Assembly (NCBI GenBank): GCA_002753335.1
Contig: PEAD01000022.1
Location: 1-51,457, forward strand
DNA: 51,457 nt
Direction of reading: 5' to 3'
Source: Nitrospirae bacterium MYbin3
Lineage (GTDB): Bacteria; Nitrospirota; Thermodesulfovibrionia; Thermodesulfovibrionales; Dissulfurispiraceae
Under the pieces are notes generated by a model, which saw only the letters and a list, made by a program, of their open reading frames with translations, was not told the DNA's origin and ran no database searches. The first letter of the stretch is position 1; every line of letters starts with the position of its first letter. Made by a program: the position numbers and the translations under genes. Shown here piece after piece: positions 37,134-47,159 of this stretch.

Positions 37134-39356
37134 ATGAAAATATTACTCATTAATCCCAGCGGTGGATATCCACATGAATTTCCCCCTTTGGGAATTCTTT
37201 CTATAGCCTCCGTTTTGAAAAATGAAGGTCATGCTGTCGGATTTTTCGACGAAGGGGCTTTTCATAGGGACAACATGGCTCTGTTCGATTATGTAAGGGA
37301 ATTTAGTCCCGACGTATTCGGAATTTCACTATATACTTCTAATATTGTTGAAACCTTCAAGACAGTTTCGATACTGAGATCAATTATTCCGAAAAGTACC
37401 ATTGTTGTTGGCGGACCACATGCCACTGTTCTGCCTGAAAGGACAATGTTTGAGTGCAGGGACATAGATTTTCTTATTTGTGGTGAAGGAGAGCTTACAG
37501 CAAAGGAGTTGATTGAGTCACTACAGGGCAAACTGGATGTGCATCAAGTAAAAGGTCTCTATTTTCGTGAAAAGGAGGCGATTGTTAAAACAGGGCAGCG
37601 TGAATTCATTGCTGACCTTGATACGATTCCAAATCCAGACCATGACTTTGTTGCCCGTTTTTCGTATTCTTACGGCGTATTACGAGCTGGTAAAAAAGTG
37701 GCGACAATAATGTCGTCCCGTGGTTGTCCCTTCGATTGCTCATTTTGCGCTGCGAAGGCTGTGTGGAGAAGGAGTTTTCGCAGGAGAAGTCCTGAAAATG
37801 TTGCTGCCGAAATTGAATTGCTCATAAATAATTATGGGTATGACGAGATTTATTTTATGGATGACCTATTTGCTGTGGACAGGAATTGGCTTGACAAATT
37901 ATACGTTGACATGAAAAAAAGATCCATATTAGTTCCTTGGAAATGCCTTGGCAGGGTGGATTTGCTATCTTTTGCCGATTATCAGAAAATGGCTGATAAC
38001 GGTTGTTACCTTATTCAATTTGGAGTTGAATCTGGAGATGATGATATCCTGAAAGATATAAATAAGAAAATAAACACGGATCAGGTGAGGAAGGCATTTG
38101 CCGAAGCAAAAAAAGCCAGATTGAATACTTACGGATTTTTCATTGTCGGCCATAATATGGACACATATGAGACAATTCTTAAAACGATTTATCTTGCCCG
38201 CTATTTAAACCCGGATTTTGTTTCTTTTTTTGCGTCAGTGCCATTTCCCGGAACAAAATTGCATGATGCTCTTCCTGAACATGTGAAATATAATTGGAAT
38301 TTGATACGGTATACCAGTTATTGGCAGGATAAGATGCCAGTACAATTATGCCAGGTCGATTCACAAGATCTGCGGAAGTTTGAACTGCAAGCTCATACTG
38401 CTGTATATGTAACAGCATCTTATTTTATTAATATGCTTTTTGGCCTTCGCCGAAAGAGAATTTTGTTTTGGAAGTTGTTGATGTTCTTTGTGCAACTGAA
38501 GCAACGCCTATTTTTTTCAATAAAAGGAACATGGATATTGGCTCGCTTTCGCAATCTAGACCTTACAAGCCATTTACGCAAAAAATCTTTTTCTGATTTT
38601 TGGATACATCGCTTCAGTTTGATAGACATATCTGATGAAGTTAAACACCATATTGGTGAAAGAGTACAATTTTACGGTACCATGCAAAAAGCAATCAGTT
38701 CATTTAATGCAGCGAATATACTTGGAGTCGGTTGCGGTACCATTATAGATTCACATCATCTTTCTCTAAAACATCCTGATTTGCATTTTATTGCCACCGA
38801 TAAATCACCTGAGGCGGTGAAAATAGCTGCTAAAATTGGAACTTTAATGGGGACACGTACAAAGATATTGGTTGACGACGAAGAGTCTATGCAGTTTGAT
38901 CGTAATCAGTTCGATATTGTTTTTAGTCAAGGATTGCTTGGATATTCCGGCACACCGGAACGTCTTTTAATGGAACAAATGCGAGTGCTAAAACAGGATG
39001 GCTGCCTCATCGTTAGTGTTCCTCAAAAATATAACCTCTATACTGTCTACAAGCACAGAAGGATGCGTGAAGGGATATGGGAGCACGGATGGGAACAGGA
39101 ATTTTCCTATATGGATTTAAAGCGTATGGGACATAATCTTGGTCTCGAAACAGTGGCTGTAAGCTCCTATGGATATGGATATAAGCAAGACTACGGTTTC
39201 AGTATCATTCCTAGAATCTTGAGGAGTGCTGCAAATAGTAGCAACCCCCTTGTGGCTGGACCCGGAAGAATATTGGTTGAAATTCTCTATATGGTGGAAC
39301 GAAAATTTGGCCATTTTTTCATGCAGAACATAACTGTAGTTTACAGGAAAAAGTGA
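37134..39356 (+). CDS. Cobalamin-dependent radical SAM protein fused to a C-terminal class I SAM methyltransferase domain
   Basis: B12-binding N-terminus (PPLGILSIA, VGGPHAT, GEGE), SRGCPFDCSFC, FGVESG. C-terminal GVGCGT...FDIVFSQG...RVLKQDGCLIVSVP. Confidence 0.85.
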   Translation: MKILLINPSGGYPHEFPPLGILSIASVLKNEGHAVGFFDEGAFHRDNMALFDYVREFSPDVFGISLYTSNIVETFKTVSILRSIIPKSTIVVGGPHATVLPERTMFECRDIDFLICGEGELTAKELIESLQGKLDVHQVKGLYFREKEAIVKTGQREFIADLDTIPNPDHDFVARFSYSYGVLRAGKKVATIMSSRGCPFDCSFCAAKAVWRRSFRRRSPENVAAEIELLINNYGYDEIYFMDDLFAVDRNWLDKLYVDMKKRSILVPWKCLGRVDLLSFADYQKMADNGCYLIQFGVESGDDDILKDINKKINTDQVRKAFAEAKKARLNTYGFFIVGHNMDTYETILKTIYLARYLNPDFVSFFASVPFPGTKLHDALPEHVKYNWNLIRYTSYWQDKMPVQLCQVDSQDLRKFELQAHTAVYVTASYFINMLFGLRRKRILFWKLLMFFVQLKQRLFFSIKGTWILARFRNLDLTSHLRKKSFSDFWIHRFSLIDISDEVKHHIGERVQFYGTMQKAISSFNAANILGVGCGTIIDSHHLSLKHPDLHFIATDKSPEAVKIAAKIGTLMGTRTKILVDDEESMQFDRNQFDIVFSQGLLGYSGTPERLLMEQMRVLKQDGCLIVSVPQKYNLYTVYKHRRMREGIWEHGWEQEFSYMDLKRMGHNLGLETVAVSSYGYGYKQDYGFSIIPRILRSAANSSNPLVAGPGRILVEILYMVERKFGHFFMQNITVVYRKK

Positions 39357-39411
39357 GTATGTTTTTATCGTTTTCTGTTTTTTTGCAGACTATACGGAAT
39401 GGACTTTGTCT

Positions 39412-40866
39412 ATGAGAAAGCTGACTTTGGTAAATATTAGCAAAGGTTTTGCATCAGGAATAATCCCTTTGGGAATTACTTCAATATCAGCTTATCTTAA
39501 GAAATATGGCAATTTTCAAAATATAAGCCTTCTTGATTCAAACTGTCAGGATATTTATAAGTCGTTGGAACCAACCGATATTGTAGGAATCAGTTCTGTC
39601 ACTCAAGATATTAAAAATGCAGTGTTATTTGCTGAATATGTAAAATCACGATATGACATACCAGTTATTCTTGGTGGGGTTCATATTTCCACTTACAGAA
39701 AGCTGCCTGCACCGTTTGATTTGGGCGTTATCGGTGAAGGTGAAGAGACCATGCTTGAACTGATGCAGCTTCAGGATTTTTCTAAAGAAAGATTGAGGAG
39801 AGTAAAAGGAATTTGCTATAACGAAAACGGGAAAACGGTTTTTACCGAACCACGAGACTTAATATACGAACTTGACAGGATCCCTATTCCTGATAGGGAT
39901 ATCGCAAATCTGGATTATTATTTACAACGCAGACAGATTATTCCCTACCATGTTGGACGATCACTGACTATGATAAGCAGTCGAGGTTGTCCGTTTACAT
40001 GCGTTTTTTGCTCAACAAAGGTGCACTGGAAAAAATTCAGGAGTTTTTCTGCAGAACGAGTCTTAGAGGAGATAGAGCTTTTAATAGGGAAATATCAAGC
40101 CGAGATTATCCATATATTCGATGACCTATTCATAGCAGACAAACGACGACTAACTGAAATCCACCACGAAATAGTGAAGCGAGGCATCAACAATAAAGTA
40201 AAGTTTATGTGCCTTGTTCGGTCAGATATGATCGATGATTCGACGATGAAGATGCTGAAAGATATGAACGTGGTCGTAACCGGCATAGGCATGGAATCCG
40301 GCTCCCAGAAGATACTTGATTATTTAAAGAGACGGACCACGACTATCGATAAGAACCGGTATGCAATAGAACTGTCACAGAAGTATGGTATCCCGACAAT
40401 GGGATCTTTTATGGTGGGCAATCCCGGGGAAACTGAGCAAGATCTGCTGCAAACGCTGGATTTCATAAGGAGCTATAGATATTCACCCTATCTTGCTCCC
40501 CTTTCGTATGTTTCGACAGCGTTTCCAGGTACTGAGTTCTGGGACTACGGGATTAGAAAGGGCATTAATGTAGAAGCCATCGATAAGATCGTTATGGATA
40601 TACCTGACGACATTCATAAGCTAGATGGCGCTCCTCTACTTACCGATATTCCAAAGGAACGATTCTTTTCAATAATTCAGCTTTTTGCCAAAGAGACCCG
40701 TTACGGGATGATCAAAAGGTACATTTTTCTCCCTGATAATATTCTCAGTATAGCCAAAGCTTATGCTCATGGCATGATTATAGAAAAAAATCCACTCAAA
40801 GGTATCATTGAGATAACCAGGATCATAATCAACTTCATAAAAATAAAAATGGCTGGTTGTGTGTGA
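39412..40866 (+). CDS. Cobalamin-dependent radical SAM protein
   Basis: PLGITSI, ILGGVH, GEGEET, SRGCPFTCVFC, GMESGS, FMVGNPGET, FPGTE. Confidence 0.9.
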   Translation: MRKLTLVNISKGFASGIIPLGITSISAYLKKYGNFQNISLLDSNCQDIYKSLEPTDIVGISSVTQDIKNAVLFAEYVKSRYDIPVILGGVHISTYRKLPAPFDLGVIGEGEETMLELMQLQDFSKERLRRVKGICYNENGKTVFTEPRDLIYELDRIPIPDRDIANLDYYLQRRQIIPYHVGRSLTMISSRGCPFTCVFCSTKVHWKKFRSFSAERVLEEIELLIGKYQAEIIHIFDDLFIADKRRLTEIHHEIVKRGINNKVKFMCLVRSDMIDDSTMKMLKDMNVVVTGIGMESGSQKILDYLKRRTTTIDKNRYAIELSQKYGIPTMGSFMVGNPGETEQDLLQTLDFIRSYRYSPYLAPLSYVSTAFPGTEFWDYGIRKGINVEAIDKIVMDIPDDIHKLDGAPLLTDIPKERFFSIIQLFAKETRYGMIKRYIFLPDNILSIAKAYAHGMIIEKNPLKGIIEITRIIINFIKIKMAGCV

Positions 40867-40947
40867 AAATTACAGCGTGCATGCAAAAAATAAACTTTGA
40901 GGCGTTCCGGTCTGTTGATATCCTAATAATAAGGAAAGTTAATACCC

Positions 40948-41661
40948 ATGGCAGCTGAAGTCCTACTTCAACGAGCACAGATTCAAGAGGCCCGTGCAGA
41001 ACTGCTCCGGCGCAGCCTAAACTGCATCGGGTCACCGTTGCGCCATTTTCTTTTAAGGTTCGGTATGCTCAGAGGTGTAAAGATTGGCGATGAACTCAAG
41101 AGCTGGGACGTTCTGCAGACGGCACGGTTTATTGAGGATCATGTGGGGCAGTATGCGCCGGTTCTCGATATTGGCGCTTATGCTTCTGAAATCCTATGCA
41201 TTCTAAAACGGATTGGATACGCGGATCTGACGGGCATTGACCTGAATCCTAATATTGTCCGCATGCCTTATGCGGACAATATCCGCTATATTGTTTCTAA
41301 CTTCATGCATACACCTTTCGAGGATAGTTCTTTTGCAGCCATCACTTCGATTTCGGTAATAGAACATGGATTCAATGCACAAGCTCTGCTTGCTGAGATC
41401 TCGCGGTTGCTGCAGCCGGGAGGTTTTTTTATAGCATCTGTTGACTATTGGCCGGACAAAATAAGTACTGAAGGTATTAATGTTTTCGGGTTGGATTGGT
41501 GTATATTTTCGAAAGATGAAATTCTTGCATTTTTAGAGGGTGCACATAAATACGGTTTTTCACTTGTCGGTGATTTAAAATTGTCCGCTTTAGAGCCGAC
41601 AATTTCATGGCAAGGTAAACAGTACACATTCTTGTGGTTTGCAATTCAAAAGAGAATTTGA
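40948..41661 (+). CDS. Class I SAM-dependent methyltransferase
   Basis: VLDIGA, GIDLN, SISVIEHG, RLLQPGG. Confidence 0.85.
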   Translation: MAAEVLLQRAQIQEARAELLRRSLNCIGSPLRHFLLRFGMLRGVKIGDELKSWDVLQTARFIEDHVGQYAPVLDIGAYASEILCILKRIGYADLTGIDLNPNIVRMPYADNIRYIVSNFMHTPFEDSSFAAITSISVIEHGFNAQALLAEISRLLQPGGFFIASVDYWPDKISTEGINVFGLDWCIFSKDEILAFLEGAHKYGFSLVGDLKLSALEPTISWQGKQYTFLWFAIQKRI

Positions 41662-41679
41662 TAGTTAGACACACAATGC

Positions 41680-42786
41680 TTGCTATTAAATAATTTCTTA
41701 GGGGTAGATGAGAAGCTGAAAATATCTTTTTATACATCATGGAACATAAAGTGTGGAATAGCTGATTATTCTGCACGGTTCAAATCTGCTCTGGAAGATG
41801 TGGGGATTTCAGTAGCTATCATTCCGGTAGGTTCGAAAAAAGGACTGCTCAATATTAAACATCTTGGTAAAATGATGAATGAAGCAGATATCGCCCATAT
41901 CCAGCATGAGTTTTCTTTTTTTGCTAATGCTTTTTTTATATGTTCTTTTGTCCACTGCGCTATTTTTTTGCGTCAAATTAAAATCCCTAAGGTGCTTACT
42001 GTGCATGAAGTGGCCCCCTTGGGCGAACGGTTGAGCCGCTTCCCGTTTCTGAGACTCTATCGAACGATATTTGCTTTAGTGGACCTTATCATTGTACATA
42101 CTGAAAAGCATCGAATGATGATACTGGAAATGGGTGTTCCCGAGTCTAAAGTCATCAACTTGTCTCATCCAGTTCCTGAAGTAAAGCTACCTGTTGAAAC
42201 AAAAAAAAATTATAAGAAGTTATTTGGAGTTGACAGGAAAAATGTTCTCACTGTTTTTGGATTTCCGAACAGGAGAAAAGGATATGAACTGGTTCTCGAT
42301 GCAATCCAAGACCTTGACGACTGCATCTTCTTTATTGCTGGGGGACAGCATCCTAATGACAGGACCGGCTATATAGAACAACTTAAAAATAAAATCCTAC
42401 TTATGAACTTGGAACATAAGGTAAAGATATTAGGATATCTGCAAGAGGCAGATATCCCTGCTGTAATGGGAGCAACTGATATTGTGCTTGCCCCTTTCTG
42501 TGACATGCCGGGCTCAGGTTCCCTGAGCTTGGGGATTGCTTACCATAAGCCCATTATTGGGTCTGATATAGAGCAGATGCAGGAATTGAAGTCAAGGGGT
42601 GTCGGCATAGAACTATTTCAGAAAAACAAAAAAGGGGATTTGAGAGAAAAGATAGTATTTCTGTTACATGATATCCAAAGACAATCAGAACTTGAACGAC
42701 ATACGATAGCTTATGCACAAGAATACAGTTATGGAAAAACTGCTGCGAAATTTTTAGAACTCTATTCTAAACTACTCAGAAACTGA
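41680..42786 (+). CDS. Glycosyltransferase family 4
   Basis: CGIADYS, HIQHE, FGFPNRRKG, SGSLSL...KPIIGSD. Start codon uncertain. Confidence 0.85.
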   Translation: MLLNNFLGVDEKLKISFYTSWNIKCGIADYSARFKSALEDVGISVAIIPVGSKKGLLNIKHLGKMMNEADIAHIQHEFSFFANAFFICSFVHCAIFLRQIKIPKVLTVHEVAPLGERLSRFPFLRLYRTIFALVDLIIVHTEKHRMMILEMGVPESKVINLSHPVPEVKLPVETKKNYKKLFGVDRKNVLTVFGFPNRRKGYELVLDAIQDLDDCIFFIAGGQHPNDRTGYIEQLKNKILLMNLEHKVKILGYLQEADIPAVMGATDIVLAPFCDMPGSGSLSLGIAYHKPIIGSDIEQMQELKSRGVGIELFQKNKKGDLREKIVFLLHDIQRQSELERHTIAYAQEYSYGKTAAKFLELYSKLLRN

Positions 42787-42804
42787 ATAACAATAAGATA
42801 GATT

Positions 42805-43827
42805 ATGAGAAATATTTGTCTTTCCATCTGCATCCCGGTCTATAACTTCGGAGCCTTCATCGGCGAGACGTTGGCGAGCATCATCCCTCAGGCGACTGAG
42901 GAGGTCGAGATTGTAATTGTAGATGGTGCTTCGACCGACAACACCGCCGAGGTGATCACGTCGGTACAGCGGACTTTCCCGCGGTTACGCTACCACCGTC
43001 TTGAAAAGAAAGGCGGTATAGACAGGGATATGGCTAAGTCTGTGGAACTGGCGCAGGGTGAGTACTGCTGGCTTTTCGGGGGTGACGACATTATGATTCC
43101 GGGCGCAATAGCCGACATTCTGAGGCAGGTACAAGAGGGGCATGACATCTATCTCTGCGAGTCGATTCTTTGTCGCTCAGACATGACACCGATAGGTAAG
43201 CATAATCTTCTTGCTGCCGATGATGGGCAGGTTTTTGATCTGGGAGACCATGCAGTTCGGGTTGATTATTTCAGCCGGGCTAGGAACACAGCTGCGTTTT
43301 TCAGTTTTTGCAGCTCTCTTATTTTCAAGAAAGCGCGTTGGGCTGCCGTTCTTACTGATGATAAGTTTGTGGGCTCACACTGGGACCACGTGGCGCGCTT
43401 TTTTCGTATAATCCCTCATGGTCTCCGGGTCAAGTATCTGTCGGTGCCGCACCTGTCCAAGCGGGGTGATAACGACTCGTTCATTAACCAAGGGATCGTA
43501 AATCGTTATCGGATAACTATCGAGGGGTTCGACCGGCTTTCCCGTGCGTTCTTTGACTCTGGCAGTAATGAGGACTTTCACATCCGTCGCACAATGAAAG
43601 CGGAGCACAACCTGAAGGCTTTTCTGGATGCGAAACTGCTCTGTAATGAACGTGGACTGACAGAAGACTTGGCAGTTCTTGATCAGCTTGCCAGAACTCA
43701 GTATGGATATCCTCTTCTTTCGAACCATTTTATGCTTTTCGTTTACAGGTTCTCGCCCGTCGCGCTTCTCCGTATCGCAAAGCCGGTATATGCATTCATC
43801 AAGACTAAAATTCTGAGTACTCTATGA
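42805..43827 (+). CDS. Glycosyltransferase family 2, RfbV (abequosyltransferase)-like
   Basis: LSICIPVYN, VDGASTDNT, GIDRD, YCWLFGGDD, FSFCSSLIF, RGDNDSF. Confidence 0.82.
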   Translation: MRNICLSICIPVYNFGAFIGETLASIIPQATEEVEIVIVDGASTDNTAEVITSVQRTFPRLRYHRLEKKGGIDRDMAKSVELAQGEYCWLFGGDDIMIPGAIADILRQVQEGHDIYLCESILCRSDMTPIGKHNLLAADDGQVFDLGDHAVRVDYFSRARNTAAFFSFCSSLIFKKARWAAVLTDDKFVGSHWDHVARFFRIIPHGLRVKYLSVPHLSKRGDNDSFINQGIVNRYRITIEGFDRLSRAFFDSGSNEDFHIRRTMKAEHNLKAFLDAKLLCNERGLTEDLAVLDQLARTQYGYPLLSNHFMLFVYRFSPVALLRIAKPVYAFIKTKILSTL

Positions 43828-44846
43828 GCAGCATCAAACTATCTATATGTATTCCCACCTATAACTTCGGCGAGTTTATCGGAGAAACGCTCTCGTCAGT
43901 TATCGACCAGTCCATGGGACGTAAGGACGTGGAGATAGTGGTCCTCGACGGCGGTTCAACTGACAACACCGCTGAGGTCGTTCTGGGCTTTAAGACACGT
44001 TTCCCTTCCCTCATCTATCACCGTCTGGAGCAGAAAGGGGGGATTGACAATGACCTTTCCTCATGTGTAGATCTGGCTACAGGTGAATATTGCTGGCTGC
44101 TTTCAAGTGATGATGTCCCAGTACAAGGTGCAATAGGCAGAATGTTCAGCGAAATCACATCTAAGGACGACATTTATCTTTTCAACCGAATTGAGTGTGA
44201 CGGTTTGTTATCGCCCTTACGGACTAGATTATGGCTTGATCCGGAAATTATTGATCGGTCTATCAGGTTTTATGAATCGTGTGACTATATTGACTATTTC
44301 GGTCATTCTAAATCTTTAGGAGCTCTTTTTAGCTATATCAGTTCCATAGTTGTTAGTCGCTCAGTTTGGTGCGATTGTCCTGCGATTAAAGAATCCATTG
44401 GGACCAACTATGCACATGTAGGAAGACTTTTTTCTGTGCTTCAGCGTGGTGGAAGCTTGCGTTACATTCGTGAACCCCTTGTGCTTTGCCGTGGATACAA
44501 CGACAGCTTTTTACAAAGAGGCCTTATTAGTCGCCTGCTGATAGATATTGATGGCTACATGTTGCTGTCATCACATTTGTTTGCTGATTATTCTGTGAGA
44601 ATGGCGTTTCTTGGAGTGATGAAACAGCAGCATAAATGGTACGTATTTGTAGAGATGAGAAGTTTAATCCAGGACAAGTCGCTCTGGCAGTGTATTGCAA
44701 AAAAGCTTATGCAGGTAGGGTACCCTAAATGGAATATATTTTTGATTGAATTAATAGGGGCGTTTCGCATCGGTGTCAGTTTTGCACGTCTTATTATTAA
44801 CGGATATCGCAAGGTGCAATTTTTCCTGGCCCGACTGCGGAAATAG
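43824..44846 (+). CDS. Glycosyltransferase family 2, RfbV-like (paralog of the upstream gene)
   Basis: LSICIPTYN, LDGGSTDNT, GIDND, YCWLLSSDD, FSYISSIV, RGYNDSF. Confidence 0.82.
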   Translation: MSSIKLSICIPTYNFGEFIGETLSSVIDQSMGRKDVEIVVLDGGSTDNTAEVVLGFKTRFPSLIYHRLEQKGGIDNDLSSCVDLATGEYCWLLSSDDVPVQGAIGRMFSEITSKDDIYLFNRIECDGLLSPLRTRLWLDPEIIDRSIRFYESCDYIDYFGHSKSLGALFSYISSIVVSRSVWCDCPAIKESIGTNYAHVGRLFSVLQRGGSLRYIREPLVLCRGYNDSFLQRGLISRLLIDIDGYMLLSSHLFADYSVRMAFLGVMKQQHKWYVFVEMRSLIQDKSLWQCIAKKLMQVGYPKWNIFLIELIGAFRIGVSFARLIINGYRKVQFFLARLRK

Positions 44847-44984
44847 TTCCTGTTTATATAATTATAGACCACGGATGAGTAATATTTGACCAGTCTCAAG
44901 ATCTATAGGTATTATAAAAAAATGCTTTGTTGCAGAAGCTGTATCAGGTAAAATTTATATTGTAATTGTATTGAAAGGGGCATT

Positions 44985-46247
44985 ATGCATTTAATCCACA
45001 GGAACACTTGTCGAGTCTGCGGCTCTTCTGCCCTGACCAAGGTCATTGATCTAGGTGAGCAGTATCTGCAAGGGTCGTTTGTCAAACCAGGCAAGGAATT
45101 GCCTCCTATGCGGAAAATACCCTGCGTCTTGATGCGCTGCGATCCCACACAGGATGAAAAGGCATGCGGTTTGTTGCAGATGGCTCATTCTGTTCCACCT
45201 AGGATACTGTATTCAGCATACTGGTATCGGTCTGGCACAAACCAGACCATGCGCGATCATCTCAAGGGCATAGCCGACGAGGCTGCTGGCATTATCAATA
45301 TCAAGGACGCCCGCGTTCTTGATATTGGTTGCAACGATGGCACTCTTTTGCGTAACTATCCAGATGGATTCATCAAGTTCGGCATAGATCCTTCCGATCT
45401 TGCACAGGAAATCAAGGGAGACATCACGGTTGTCCAGGATATTTTCCCTTCAGAGCAGCTCAACAAGTCTACCGGGGGAAACAAGTTTGACATAATCACA
45501 TCAATTGCCATGTTCTATGATTTGGAGAACCCTGTGGCGTTTGTGAAAAGCATTAAACAGTCATTAACTCCGGATGGAGTCTGGATTTTCGAGATGTCCT
45601 ATATGCCTACTATGCTCAAGATGAATTCTTATGACACGATATGCCATGAACATCTGGAGTACTACAGCCTTGCTGTGATTGAGGACATTCTCAAACGCGC
45701 CGGCATGAAGGTGATTAGGGTTGGTATGAACGATATCAACGGCGGCAGTATCCGTTGTTATGCCACTCATGACGATTCGTTCAAATATACACAGAAAGAA
45801 TTTCTTCAATCGCTGGAAACATTGCGTCAGGAGGAGTTTGATCTTGAGTTGGATACAGACAAACCGTACCGGAACTTTCAGGAGAGGATCAATGTTCATC
45901 GCGAGGAACTTACGTCATTGCTCAAAAAGCTTAAGTCCGAGGGCAAAAGGATCCATCTATATGGAGCCTCGACCAAGGGCAATACGATTCTTCAGTGGTG
46001 CGGTATTGATAGGTTCATTATAGACTATGCGGCTGATCGCAACCCCGATAAGAATGGAGCGCGCACAATCGGTACTGACATTCCGATTATTGATGAGGCT
46101 TCATCACGGGCGATGAAGCCTGACTATTATCTTGTCCTGCCGTGGCACTTTAAAAAGGAGTTTGTAGAAAGGGAGAAAGATACTCTTGACAGGGGTATCG
46201 GTATGATCTTCCCCCTTCCGACCATCGAAGTTATCAAGAAACATTAG
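44985..46247 (+). CDS. NDP-hexose C-methyltransferase (TcaB9/NovU/EryBIII-like)
   Basis: N-terminal CRVCGS, YWYRSG, LDIGCNDG, DTICHEHLEYYS, NGGSIR, YGASTKGN, PDYYLVLPWHF. Confidence 0.85.
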   Translation: MHLIHRNTCRVCGSSALTKVIDLGEQYLQGSFVKPGKELPPMRKIPCVLMRCDPTQDEKACGLLQMAHSVPPRILYSAYWYRSGTNQTMRDHLKGIADEAAGIINIKDARVLDIGCNDGTLLRNYPDGFIKFGIDPSDLAQEIKGDITVVQDIFPSEQLNKSTGGNKFDIITSIAMFYDLENPVAFVKSIKQSLTPDGVWIFEMSYMPTMLKMNSYDTICHEHLEYYSLAVIEDILKRAGMKVIRVGMNDINGGSIRCYATHDDSFKYTQKEFLQSLETLRQEEFDLELDTDKPYRNFQERINVHREELTSLLKKLKSEGKRIHLYGASTKGNTILQWCGIDRFIIDYAADRNPDKNGARTIGTDIPIIDEASSRAMKPDYYLVLPWHFKKEFVEREKDTLDRGIGMIFPLPTIEVIKKH

Positions 46248-46259
46248 CATTTTTAGTCT

Positions 46260-47135
46260 ATGAATGCCCTTATCTTCGGCGCCAATGGCCAAGACGGCTA
46301 CTATCTAAGCGAGCTCTGCCGGGCGCATGGTATTTACCCAATCGGTATATCTCGTACAGGGGACGGCTTGCGCGGTGATGTGTGCAATTACGAGGATGTT
46401 AATGCGTTGATCAAAAAGTATTCTCCGGCGTATATTTTTCATCTTGCTGCGCGATCAACGACCCATCACGACGCACTTTTCGAGAACCATCAGACAATCT
46501 CAACGGGGACCCTGAATATACTCGAATCGGTCAAGACAAGCTGTCTTCAAGCCAAGGTTTTTCTCGCTGGCAGTGGGCTCCAATTTGTGAACACAGGAAG
46601 TCCAATTTCTGAAACTGCCCCCTTTTACGCAAGCAGCCCATATGCGGTTGCCCGTATTCAGTCTGTATATGCTGGTCGTTACTATAGATCTCTCGGAATT
46701 CCTGTGTATGTAGGCTATTTGTTTCATCATGAGAGTCCTCTCAGAAAACCGAGTCATGTCAGCAAAATGATCTCGCTTGCAGCACAACGTATAGCCTCTG
46801 GTAGTGTTGATAATATTGAGGTGGGCGATCTTTCTGTTGAAAAGGAATGGACATTTGCCGGCGATGTTGCGGAGGCGATGTTCACTCTGATTTCTCAGGA
46901 TTCCATATTTGAGGCAGTGATTGGTTCTGGCGTTACCTATTCTATTCAGAACTGGCTGGAACAGTGTTTCAAAATCATAGGAAAAGACTGGCACGATCAC
47001 GTTCGTATTCGTGAGGGATTCTCACATGAATATCCGATACTTGTATCGAATCCTTCGACGATAAGGTCTCTAGGCTGGTATCCGAAGGTTGGATTTGTAG
47101 AACTCGCCAAAAGAATGATGGAGTTTTCGGAATGA
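46260..47135 (+). CDS. GDP-mannose 4,6-dehydratase-like extended SDR (probably a reductase)
   Basis: ALIFGANGQDGYYL, FHLAA, SPYAVAR, LFHHESPLR. Lacks the GMD catalytic Glu and has YxxxR. Confidence 0.75.
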   Translation: MNALIFGANGQDGYYLSELCRAHGIYPIGISRTGDGLRGDVCNYEDVNALIKKYSPAYIFHLAARSTTHHDALFENHQTISTGTLNILESVKTSCLQAKVFLAGSGLQFVNTGSPISETAPFYASSPYAVARIQSVYAGRYYRSLGIPVYVGYLFHHESPLRKPSHVSKMISLAAQRIASGSVDNIEVGDLSVEKEWTFAGDVAEAMFTLISQDSIFEAVIGSGVTYSIQNWLEQCFKIIGKDWHDHVRIREGFSHEYPILVSNPSTIRSLGWYPKVGFVELAKRMMEFSE

Positions 47136-47159
47136 GCTTTCTTATTGAGATGTCAAATC

